The position numbers and the translations under genes were made by a program. Shown piece after piece: positions 8,954-17,054 of a DNA stretch of 64,000 nt (its first letter is position 1; every line of letters starts with the position of its first letter). The DNA comes from Patescibacteria group bacterium (lineage in GTDB: Bacteria; Patescibacteriota; Minisyncoccia; UBA6257; GWB1-50-10): assembly GCA_038065455.1 (NCBI GenBank), contig JBBTQX010000002.1, positions 32,001 to 96,000 of the forward strand, written 5' to 3'. Below the pieces are notes generated by a model. It made no database searches and had not been told where the DNA came from. It saw nothing but the letters and a program-made list of their open reading frames with translations.

Positions 8954-9402
8954 TAAACCCTTCTGGTCTTGGCCGGACGCGGTCCGTTGTGCGGAATCGG
9001 CGTCACATCCTTGATGGACAGTATATTCAAGCCCTTGCCGGCGAAAGAACGGATGGCGGAATCGCGGCCGCTACCCACGCCGCGCACGAAAATCTCCACG
9101 GTATTCGGGCCGGTCTTTTCCAATTTCTGGGCAATGGCTTCGGCGACTTTGGAAGACGCGAAAGGAGTCGCCTTCTTGGGTCCGGAAAATCCCAAAGAGC
9201 CAGCGGACATCCATGTAATCACGGCACCCTTATCGTCGGTTACGGTAATAATGGTGTTATTATAGGTGGCTTGAATATAGATACGGCCGTTTTCCCAGTG
9301 CTGTTTGGATGTGGACGAAGATTGCTTAGCCGGCGCCTTTTCGGCCGTCCCCGCTTCCTTCACCGCTTCGTCTTTGGTTTTTATGACTTTTTTCTTTCCC
9401 AT
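8953..9402 (-). CDS. rpsK: 30S ribosomal protein S11
   Basis: ATYNNTIIT, SAGSLGFSGPKKATPF, GVGSGRDSAIR, DVTPIPHNG. Confidence 0.97.
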   Translation of the reverse strand: MGKKKVIKTKDEAVKEAGTAEKAPAKQSSSTSKQHWENGRIYIQATYNNTIITVTDDKGAVITWMSAGSLGFSGPKKATPFASSKVAEAIAQKLEKTGPNTVEIFVRGVGSGRDSAIRSFAGKGLNILSIKDVTPIPHNGPRPAKTRRV

Positions 9403-9415
9403 TTGCCGATTATAT

Positions 9416-9450
9416 ATGAATTTTCGAGTCTACAGACGATGAAAATTCAT
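9416..9450. repeat. Hairpin upstream of rpsK
   Basis: ATGAATTTTC (9416-9425) / GAAAATTCAT (9441-9450), with an inner GTC/GAC pairing. Confidence 0.6.
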
Positions 9451-9464
9451 CCATAGAATCGAGC

Positions 9465-9563
9465 ACCCCGCCATCATCCCCGACTTGGAGCAGGATATTT
9501 TCTTTCATTATGATTTTCGTTATTTTATTGTTTTTCATATTTTTAGTGTAATGATGGCGGGGT
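9465..9563. repeat. IR-bounded AT-rich insert between rpsM and rpsK
   Basis: Perfect 13-bp IR ACCCCGCCATCAT (9465-9477) / ATGATGGCGGGGT (9551-9563). Confidence 0.75.
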
Positions 9564-9573
9564 AAGTGTTCCC

Positions 9574-9957
9574 TTATTTCAAATCGACTTTCCGCTTGCC
9601 ACTACCGGCCGTCTTCCTGACGTTGCCGCGCACCGTCCGGGAATTCGTTTTCGTCCGCTGGCCGCGCACCGGAAGCTTTCGCAAATGACGCACGCCGCGA
9701 TAGGCTTTAATATCTTTCAAGCGAGCGATGTTCTGTTTTATCACTTGCCGCAACTCTCCCTCAATCTTGTAGTTCTTCTCTATCATTGATTGGATGCGGT
9801 TCACCTCGTCCGGCGCCAAATCCTTCGCTCGTTTTTGGAGGTCGATTTTCGCGCCGACCAAAACCTTGGCGGCCAAGGTCGGGCCAATGCCGTAGATGTA
9901 GCCCAAGGCCACGTAGATTTTTTTGTTATCGGGTATGTTTACTCCGGCGATTCTCAT
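9574..9957 (-). CDS. rpsM: 30S ribosomal protein S13
   Basis: MRIAGVNIP, IYGIG, YRGVRH, LPVRGQRTKTNSRT. Confidence 0.97.
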   Translation of the reverse strand: MRIAGVNIPDNKKIYVALGYIYGIGPTLAAKVLVGAKIDLQKRAKDLAPDEVNRIQSMIEKNYKIEGELRQVIKQNIARLKDIKAYRGVRHLRKLPVRGQRTKTNSRTVRGNVRKTAGSGKRKVDLK

Positions 9958-9959
9958 AA

Positions 9960-10076
9960 TTATCCTTGTCTTTGTTTATGCCTCGGGTTCTTGGCACATA
10001 TGACGTAAACCCGCCCTTTTCGACGGACGGTCTTGCAAACGCTGCAGATTTTTTTTACCGATGCTCTGACTTTCAT
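9960..10076 (-). CDS. rpmJ: 50S ribosomal protein L36 (too short for the ORF track)
   Basis: Manual translation [38 protein letters not shown]. Confidence 0.97.
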   Translation of the reverse strand: MKVRASVKKICSVCKTVRRKGRVYVICAKNPRHKQRQG

Positions 10077-10198
10077 CCCGTTAGAGACAGGATACGCTTA
10101 AAAAGCGCATCCGTGATATGTCGCTTGGTTTGATTATTCCGACCTGTTGGTTATTCATATTGATACATTATTCAAAATTTGTTTGTCTCTAACGGGAT
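10075..10198 (-). mobile_element. Family A IR element, short copy (A3) at the rpmJ start codon
   Basis: ATCCCGTTAGAGACA (10075-10089) / TGTCTCTAACGGGAT (10184-10198); internal hairpin with arms GGATACGCTT and AAGCGCATCC. Confidence 0.8.
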
Positions 10199-10208
10199 TC
10201 ATAAAACT

Positions 10209-10436
10209 TTACAATCTTCGCACGATTCGTCCCCGTTTGTCCAGGATGTTCGCCATCTCCACCATAACCCTGTCTCCGGGGATAACCCGGATGCGGTTGA
10301 TTTTAAGCTTGCCGGCGGGATGCGCTAAAATGTCTTTTTCTTCCCCGTTTTCAAGTTTGACCTTCACGCGGAAAAGCAAACCCGGCAGTGCCTCCACCGC
10401 TATTCCCTCAATCCTGACTAAAGGCGTATTTTCCAT
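10209..10436 (-). CDS. infA: Translation initiation factor IF-1
   Basis: IEGIAVEALPGLLFRV, ILAHPAGK, IRVIPGDRV, RGRIV; upstream of rpmJ. Confidence 0.93.
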   Translation of the reverse strand: MENTPLVRIEGIAVEALPGLLFRVKVKLENGEEKDILAHPAGKLKINRIRVIPGDRVMVEMANILDKRGRIVRRL

Positions 10437-10451
10437 TAACAAACAGAGTGA

Positions 10452-10480
10452 ATTTTAGACAAATACAGATTTTTTGTCAA
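10452..10480 (-). promoter_or_regulatory. Sigma70 promoter for the infA-rpmJ-rpsM cluster
   Basis: Minus strand TTGACA-17 bp-TAAAAT. Confidence 0.8.
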
Positions 10481-10513
10481 TTTTTTAATCTATAAATCGT
10501 CTTTAATATCAGT

Positions 10514-10555
10514 TGTGGATAACTATTGACGCTTATTCATGTAAGTCGTTATAAT
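10514..10555 (+). promoter_or_regulatory. Sigma70 promoter (+ strand) preceded by a DnaA-box match; points into the NYN 3' end
   Basis: TGTGGATAA (10514-10522), TTGACG (10526-10531)-18 bp-TATAAT (10550-10555). Confidence 0.7.
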
Positions 10556-10561
10556 GATAAT

Positions 10562-10642
10562 ACAGAATAACTTCTGTCCTGCCCGTGGATATGGGTTAAC
10601 TTTCCGCAAGACCTGATTCTCTTGAGTCAGGTTTTTGCTTTT
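10562..10642 (+). ncRNA. Candidate ~80-nt sRNA antisense to the NYN gene 3' end
   Basis: Consensus promoter upstream; two small hairpins; terminator AGACCTGATTC-TCTT-GAGTCAGGTTT plus a T-run, with G-U pairs forming on the + strand. Confidence 0.55.
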
Positions 10643-11306
10643 TAACCGCAATATACTTTTTTATGTCTTGAGCATTGATTTTATTATCAACTAGCTCTCC
10701 TAACGACGCATCAATATGCCCTCCTTTTATTAAAATTATCTTTTTCTTTTGTTTCTTTAAGAAACGGATAAGAGCGGCGAAATCGGCATCGGACGATAAT
10801 AGACAGAACGTATCATATGAATTGATGAGTCTTACGGAATCAACTGAAACCTCCACGTCAAAATTGCACTTCGGAATCAATATAAAATTCCCTCCCTTAT
10901 CAACATTTATCTTCCGCATTGTCTCGCTTTTTTCTTCGGAATCCAGATAATGCTTGATTTGCTGTATTGGTTTAGTGAAAACCCTAGACTTACCGAAAAT
11001 ATGTTCCGCGGCCCGTTTGAATCTTAAAGACCCTGGATTAACAGGGTCGTGTCCATAATAAAAACGATCATCGCTGGAAAACGCGCTCAAGAAATCTTTT
11101 AATTTTTGCAGACCAATCGTTAACAACTCATTATCTGCCATTTTCACTCCGCTCTCATCAAAATCATCTTCATCAAACCAATGATTGACGTTCGCAAAAT
11201 CAATGAATGAGATAATGTTCGGATACCTGTCCGGTAAGATATCAAGATTTTTTCTTATTTGATCTTTTTTAAGTTCTTCCAAATCCATTTTAATTTTCTC
11301 CTTCAA
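10596..11306 (-). CDS. NYN (PIN-like, LabA/DUF88) domain nuclease
   Basis: FIDFANV, KCNFDVEVSVD, LLSSDADFAALI acidic catalytic motifs. Confidence 0.85.
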   Translation of the reverse strand: MKEKIKMDLEELKKDQIRKNLDILPDRYPNIISFIDFANVNHWFDEDDFDESGVKMADNELLTIGLQKLKDFLSAFSSDDRFYYGHDPVNPGSLRFKRAAEHIFGKSRVFTKPIQQIKHYLDSEEKSETMRKINVDKGGNFILIPKCNFDVEVSVDSVRLINSYDTFCLLSSDADFAALIRFLKKQKKKIILIKGGHIDASLGELVDNKINAQDIKKYIAVKKQKPDSRESGLAES

Positions 11307-14142
11307 CTGTTTTTATTTCTTCCTCCGTTAAGCCGTAGAGCTTATATACCTCCTCATCAATTTTCTTGTCGGTTCTTCCTATTTCGGATTTCAGTCGTTC
11401 CCATTCGTTGGAATTTTCCTCGACGTCGTGAAATTCTTTATTAAGAAGGATTATCTTATCAACATAAGAAATTATTAATTTCTGCGATGCCTCGTCTGCA
11501 ATATAAATTGGTAGATCTAATAGTGGCTCCTTATCTATTTGTAGTTGATCACCCTGTAATTTCCCCTTATTTCTTAACCAGAAATGCATGATGTTTGAAT
11601 TGAGTAATCCAAGAACATATTTGAGATTCACTTTATCCAATTTTAAAATTATAAAAGCTCTTGTAACATAACAAGGAAAATCAACATATGAAAAGGATGG
11701 TTTTATGGTTTTCCTTATTGAAAAAATACAGTGGCCCTCAAAAAATCTTTCTTCGCGTGCCCTATGAAGACCATAGGGAGCATACACAGAAGTTAAAATT
11801 TTAGAAAATTTATCTAGGTGTTTTTTGAGATTAGGAAACTGTTCAATATGTTCCCGGAAATAACTGTCCGCATAAATTATACGGAGGCTTGTGTTTTTAA
11901 TAGATAAGTATCTATTTATTTCTTTTGTTGTATAGTACGGTCTTAAATATTGATCTTCAGGTTTTGTTGGTGAAAGTTCTTTAATTTCGTCCTCAGATAA
12001 AATAAATATGCCATCGCCTTTCTTTATTGTTTTATCTGACAAACCCTGTAGGTGCTTTTCAGTGATAAAATCTTGCAAAACATCAATGCCATTACCGACA
12101 TCTTTTTCGTTAATGTGGTAATTCTGTTTTGATTTTATCTTTTCTAGGAGAATGTCTTTATTGCTCTCGGTAAAAATTAAAAAGTGGCCCAGTAATTTTT
12201 CTGGTTTAATCTCAATTTCGGTTTTTTCACCAAAAATTCTGGAAATAAGTTCGTTTTCCGCTATATTCCTATCGGGAATCCTTAAATAACTTACCTTGTA
12301 TTTTTCATCTGGTTTTCCTTTTTTAAAGGTAAAAATCATTGTTTGAATCCCAGCTTGTTCAAAAACCTTATAGTCACCAAAATCTAGGAAGGATTTTAGT
12401 TCGCCATCTTTTAAAATTTTATCTCTAAAAATATCTGCGCCGGCATTGCTTACCCAATTATTCGGAGCGATAAAACTCAAAATTCCCCCGTCTTTAAGTA
12501 AATCTATTGAAATGCACGCAAACATTGTCCAAATATCCATTTTACCCTGATAATATGGGCTATCGTGCAGACCATTAAAAGCTTCTTTATTCACAAACTC
12601 CTTGATATACGGCGGGTTTCCGATAATCACATCAAACCCGCCTTGTTTGAAAACCTCCGGAAATTCCTCTTCCCAGTTAAACGGCTTCTTATTGCGAAAA
12701 TTTGCACCAAAATGCTTTTTAAGTTCCGAGTCGGTGCCCGAAATGAGCGAGTTTCCATTCTTTATATTTTTATCGAGCGATGGCAGCTTCTGCCTTTCAT
12801 TTAAAGCGCCTACAAGAAGATTTAATCTGGCGATTTCAACCGCTTGCTCGTCCAGATCAACCCCATAGATATTCTCTAAAAGTATTTGGATTTTTGTGAA
12901 AACATTCCCTGGTGCGCCCATTTTCTTGTATTTTTCATTGATAAGTTCCAACGCCTGAACAAGAAACGAACCGGAACCACAGGCCGGGTCCAGTACCTTT
13001 ATCTTCTTCAAATCCTCTATAGTGTTGCACTTTTCCAAAACCGGCCCCAAGGCGTTTTTCACGATATACTCAACGATAAAATGGGGCGTGTAATAAATCC
13101 CCTGCTCCTTGCGCTTCTTAGCATCCTTATGAACTTCTACGCCCTTCTTTGATTGAGAAAGTTTATAGCCGAGATAGTTTTCATAAACTGTTCCTAGAAC
13201 ATCAGCGGGCATCGCCTTGAAATCATATTCATAATAGCCCGGTTTGCCGTAGAGAATCTGAATAACTTTCTCCGTGGCGTCGCCATATTCCTCCCATTCT
13301 TCAAACGGGTGTTCGGAAAAAAGATTGGAATTGTAGGTTTTATCCAATTCCCTGAATTTATCCACCATGTGCTTGTAAAGCGGCACCTCGTTTTGGTCTT
13401 TGCGATTTTTCCATTCACGAAGCAATGGGATAAGCGTTGGCGGTTCAATTCCTCTATCCTCGGCAACACGTAAAAAGATAAGTCTGTCCAAAAGCTTTTG
13501 AACGCCTTCATCTAAAAATTGGGGGGCAATTTTAGAATTCCAAGCCTTCAACGATTTAGTAAGAATCTCCCGACATTCGTTCAGGTCGTTGAATAACAGC
13601 GAAGTTACCGGAATTTTCTGGAATTTCTTTCCGAATTTTTCTGCCTCTGTATCGATAAGATTTTTCTCGAATGATTCTCTTGATAAGAGCGAAAGTTGGT
13701 CAAAACATTCAATATATCTATCGTAGGAAATTTCAAAGAGAAGTTTGGCGGCCAATGTCGCTTTCGCATCCTGCGTGTTGAAAACTTTTATACTCTCAAA
13801 GTCGGTAAGCACTGCCCAAGTTACGCCCTTATTCCAAGAATATCTTATTGCTTGTTTGGCATATTCTTCGCGATGCAAATCCACCTTAAGTGATTTGGCC
13901 TCTAAATAGAATTTCGCCCGGCCATTTAAATAAAATCCGTAATCAACTCTATCCGAGGATGATAAATTTTCTTCCGCTGAAACCTCATTTTTGTTATGGA
14001 CATCCCACCCAAGCGCTTCAAAAATCGGCAGAATAAAATCTTTTTTTGTTTCCTCTTCCGTATAACTCTTTATCTTGCCGGCCGATTTAGCAATTTCATA
14101 CTTATCAATAAGCAACCTTATCTTCTCTTTCGGGTCATTCAT
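11290..14142 (-). CDS. Fused type IIG/IIL-like restriction-modification enzyme (N-terminal nuclease, N6-adenine MTase, TaqI-C-like specificity domain)
   Basis: EEETK...RVDYGF...YLEAK nuclease; GIYYTP, VLDPACGSGSFL, GFDVIIGNPPY; C-terminal LLNS and IDEEVYKLYGLT. Confidence 0.9.
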   Translation of the reverse strand: MNDPKEKIRLLIDKYEIAKSAGKIKSYTEEETKKDFILPIFEALGWDVHNKNEVSAEENLSSSDRVDYGFYLNGRAKFYLEAKSLKVDLHREEYAKQAIRYSWNKGVTWAVLTDFESIKVFNTQDAKATLAAKLLFEISYDRYIECFDQLSLLSRESFEKNLIDTEAEKFGKKFQKIPVTSLLFNDLNECREILTKSLKAWNSKIAPQFLDEGVQKLLDRLIFLRVAEDRGIEPPTLIPLLREWKNRKDQNEVPLYKHMVDKFRELDKTYNSNLFSEHPFEEWEEYGDATEKVIQILYGKPGYYEYDFKAMPADVLGTVYENYLGYKLSQSKKGVEVHKDAKKRKEQGIYYTPHFIVEYIVKNALGPVLEKCNTIEDLKKIKVLDPACGSGSFLVQALELINEKYKKMGAPGNVFTKIQILLENIYGVDLDEQAVEIARLNLLVGALNERQKLPSLDKNIKNGNSLISGTDSELKKHFGANFRNKKPFNWEEEFPEVFKQGGFDVIIGNPPYIKEFVNKEAFNGLHDSPYYQGKMDIWTMFACISIDLLKDGGILSFIAPNNWVSNAGADIFRDKILKDGELKSFLDFGDYKVFEQAGIQTMIFTFKKGKPDEKYKVSYLRIPDRNIAENELISRIFGEKTEIEIKPEKLLGHFLIFTESNKDILLEKIKSKQNYHINEKDVGNGIDVLQDFITEKHLQGLSDKTIKKGDGIFILSEDEIKELSPTKPEDQYLRPYYTTKEINRYLSIKNTSLRIIYADSYFREHIEQFPNLKKHLDKFSKILTSVYAPYGLHRAREERFFEGHCIFSIRKTIKPSFSYVDFPCYVTRAFIILKLDKVNLKYVLGLLNSNIMHFWLRNKGKLQGDQLQIDKEPLLDLPIYIADEASQKLIISYVDKIILLNKEFHDVEENSNEWERLKSEIGRTDKKIDEEVYKLYGLTEEEIKTVEGEN

Positions 14143-14148
14143 CTTATT

Positions 14149-15885
14149 TTATTCCGCCAGAATCTTTACCTTGTTCAAATAATTGGGAACGGATTTTACC
14201 CAGAAAGGCCAGAAAGAAATGTTGGCTTTTTGGAGGCCCGGCAGAGCGAAAATTTGTGTTTTGAGCGTTTCGCCGTCGAGGCCGAGAATCTGATTTTTGA
14301 AACTTTCCAAATTTATCTTCGGTTCGTAGGTAAGGACGCCGTTCACCGAAAAAGTCATCTTGCCGGCGGCGAAATCCGCGGTACTCGTCGAATAGTCCAT
14401 CGAGAAATTCCTGACCGTAATCTCCTCGGTCGATGTACTCAAAAAATCCACCAGAGCATCTCGGAGCATTCCCTCGTTGAAACCCAGTTGGCGCAACTCC
14501 CCTGCCACGAGGACGCTGAAATTGCCGTCCTGGTCGACTTGGCTCGAAACATTCTCGCTCGTCACTTTGAATTCCGAACCGTTATCCATTATTTTCAAAT
14601 TCTGCGAATCCAAAATCATCGTTTTGCTTTTAAGCGTATTCAAAAGCGCTTCTTCTATTTTCGCCTTCGCGCCGCTCACATCGCTTTCGGAAGGAACGAT
14701 CTGATTGCCTTCCGCTCCGCCCGTCATCGAGGATATTGATTCGGCATAGAATCCTTTATAGAGCGCCGGCGTCGCCTTGAAGCCCGGTATCTTCCATCCT
14801 CCACTCGGGGGCAAGTTGTAATCCGAACCCGCCTTATCCGCCACGACTTTCACCTCGACGGATGACGGCGTTCCATTCGCGGTTTTCATTCCCGGTACCA
14901 CGGCCCTATTCACCAATCTGAAAATTTTTCCTTCCGGAGATTCAAAACGGGTAGTCGCTACGAGCGTCTGGGACTTGGTGCTATAGACGTTATAAACGGT
15001 AAGCGTTCCGCCAGCCTTGGTACTCAAGGTGGAGCTGCCGGTTGCGGGAAAATTCATACTTAGATTCCCGGGCGCCACCGAAAGCTGGCCGGGCAGACTC
15101 GCCGCGTTGCCGCTCACGGAAGGAGTATTCACCTCTTTATCCGCCGTTACCCGAATGGAAAACGGAACAGTAGTTTTTTGTATGAAAATGTTGATTATTG
15201 CTCTGGGCAGAATGTCCGCCACCGCGAAATATCCCGCCGCCAAAACGACGGCCGTGCTGACGAGCATTATCGCCCAGAATTTTTTTCCGCGCTTCGCTTT
15301 CTTTTCGACATTCCTTTCAATCCTTTCGAAATTCTTTTCGATTCTTTCTTCCACTATCGGAGCCGGAATGTATTTCACCAATTCCTCTTCCGACGCGACG
15401 GGCTCCGTAATCGGAATTTTGGTTTCTTCGATTGCCGGGGCTTTTTTCTTTCTCGCGACTCTCGGCTTTTTCACCCCGGACTTCCTCGCCGGTTTTCGTC
15501 CCTCGATTTTTTCCTTCCCTCCGCGTTCCGCGTTCGGGACTTCGCTTTGCCTGACCAATTCTATTTCGGCCGCACCGACATCATCCAATCCCGGCAAAAT
15601 ATCCACCACAGATCTTTCCCTGGTTTTGAAAACCGGATTTATGGCCGGAATAGTCGCCAAGGACGCCAATTCCAGAATACGCTCGTCCACCGATTCTATC
15701 GCCAATTCCTTGCCGGCCGTTTCACACTCGCGCTCCAGTATTTGGAAATTATGGACCGAGGAACCCAGAACGGAGTTTTTGGGAATATTGAGAATGATTT
15801 TTTCCGCCTCGACGGCAGTCAGCTGGCCGACTACTTTGTTCAAGTCGTCGTCTTTGTCCAAAAATATCTTTTTTTCCGATGCCAT
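14149..15885 (-). CDS. Conserved single-pass membrane protein with a baseplate-J-like extracellular region (CPR-type)
   Basis: N-terminal KIFLDKDDDL...IPKNS, central TM helix, AGGTLTVYN...LVATTRF...ADKAGSDYN...MTGG; adjacent to an FtsA-like gene. Confidence 0.6.
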   Translation of the reverse strand: MASEKKIFLDKDDDLNKVVGQLTAVEAEKIILNIPKNSVLGSSVHNFQILERECETAGKELAIESVDERILELASLATIPAINPVFKTRERSVVDILPGLDDVGAAEIELVRQSEVPNAERGGKEKIEGRKPARKSGVKKPRVARKKKAPAIEETKIPITEPVASEEELVKYIPAPIVEERIEKNFERIERNVEKKAKRGKKFWAIMLVSTAVVLAAGYFAVADILPRAIINIFIQKTTVPFSIRVTADKEVNTPSVSGNAASLPGQLSVAPGNLSMNFPATGSSTLSTKAGGTLTVYNVYSTKSQTLVATTRFESPEGKIFRLVNRAVVPGMKTANGTPSSVEVKVVADKAGSDYNLPPSGGWKIPGFKATPALYKGFYAESISSMTGGAEGNQIVPSESDVSGAKAKIEEALLNTLKSKTMILDSQNLKIMDNGSEFKVTSENVSSQVDQDGNFSVLVAGELRQLGFNEGMLRDALVDFLSTSTEEITVRNFSMDYSTSTADFAAGKMTFSVNGVLTYEPKINLESFKNQILGLDGETLKTQIFALPGLQKANISFWPFWVKSVPNYLNKVKILAE

Positions 15886-15901
15886 TGGCTTTTATTTTAA
15901 C

Positions 15902-17026
15902 CTAGAAATTGGGAATCAGCCACTTCACCCGACGCTTTAAAAGCCGGTTTAGATACTCGAATTTCGGAAGATCATATTCGAAAACCAAAAGAGCTAGGGC
16001 ATTCTGTTCGATGAGCGGTTCGAAGCCCAAAGCGGCATTTTTTTTCTTTATAATATACTCTTTACGCTCCAATTCCTCATCGACCCGGATAGCCGCCCCG
16101 GGGAAATTCTTGATCCGGCCGGAAAAATAGATTTTAGGCCGGCTGATTTTTGTTTTTTTCTTGAGCGGCTCCAAAAGACCGGCGAGCTCCCGAACGCTTT
16201 CGTTCACTCTTCCTTCCAGCCATTTTTTTACCTTGACCGAAACATTGTTTTCGAAATAAAGGCGGATTATCGCTCTGGCCGAGGCTTCGTCTATGCCCAG
16301 TTCGGCGGCTACTCCGCCGGTAAAAGTCCCCGTCCCCCAGCCATAACCGACTTCAAAGGCTTTTTCGTTTCCGTGGACTTTGAAAACCGAGGTGGCGGTC
16401 TCGCCGATCTGAACCGAAAAGCTCCCGGATTCGGGAAGGAAGTCCCCCAAAACGCTCGCGCTTTCGAAGACGAATATCTTGCCCCAGTCTTTGAAGCGTT
16501 CCAGAGAAGGCAAAGTTTCGCGCGGAACGAATGTGCCTCGGATTTTCAAATTCAATTCTTTTCCTTCAAAGCCGACCGGGTTATACATTTTGTGAGTTCC
16601 AATGGAAACATCGCGTACCTGGACATAAGCCATAATCAAATCCGAGTCGCTCGTCTTCATTTTTTTGGCCGCCATCGCCCGATAGCGATTCAGAAAATCC
16701 CAAAATCCTTTGTGGACCAGTTGGTCCATTTCGCTTTCGGTTATCGCTTCATTGGGTTTCGGGCGCTTCAAAACCACGGTATTTTCCGCGGTCGTGGCTC
16801 TTTCGCTTCCGAGTGAAAAAATTATGTAGTCCGTCTTCTTGGTAGGCCGCCTCACGCCATCCAAATCCTTCACCGCGTACCCTTCGCAAATCGTGATTTC
16901 TTTCTTCTTCAGATTCCGATAGGCTCGCGTAACCTCATACGCGCCGTTCCATTCCTCCACCAGAAGGAAATATTCCCGGCTGCCGTTCCAAAAATTCTGA
17001 ACGAAATTCCACGTTTTCCAGACCAT
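15902..17026 (-). CDS. Divergent FtsA-like actin-fold protein
   Basis: RPKPNEAITESEMD, NPVGFEG, VQIGETATSV, WGTGTFT; motif resemblance only. Confidence 0.45.
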   Translation of the reverse strand: MVWKTWNFVQNFWNGSREYFLLVEEWNGAYEVTRAYRNLKKKEITICEGYAVKDLDGVRRPTKKTDYIIFSLGSERATTAENTVVLKRPKPNEAITESEMDQLVHKGFWDFLNRYRAMAAKKMKTSDSDLIMAYVQVRDVSIGTHKMYNPVGFEGKELNLKIRGTFVPRETLPSLERFKDWGKIFVFESASVLGDFLPESGSFSVQIGETATSVFKVHGNEKAFEVGYGWGTGTFTGGVAAELGIDEASARAIIRLYFENNVSVKVKKWLEGRVNESVRELAGLLEPLKKKTKISRPKIYFSGRIKNFPGAAIRVDEELERKEYIIKKKNAALGFEPLIEQNALALLVFEYDLPKFEYLNRLLKRRVKWLIPNF

Positions 17027-17054
17027 TACTAATTAGTATAGCTCAATTCTTTTC

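Noticed and set aside
8673-10198. Repeats with variable interiors read as a CRISPR array
   Set aside because: The repeats are inverted pairs dispersed at gene junctions, not tandem direct repeats with spacers, and there is no cas operon.
10514-10522. DnaA box as a replication origin
   Set aside because: A single box with no cluster and no dnaA/dnaN nearby.
14149-15885. Baseplate-J-like region as a prophage
   Set aside because: It is a membrane-anchored gene beside FtsA-like and alaS genes, with no other phage genes.
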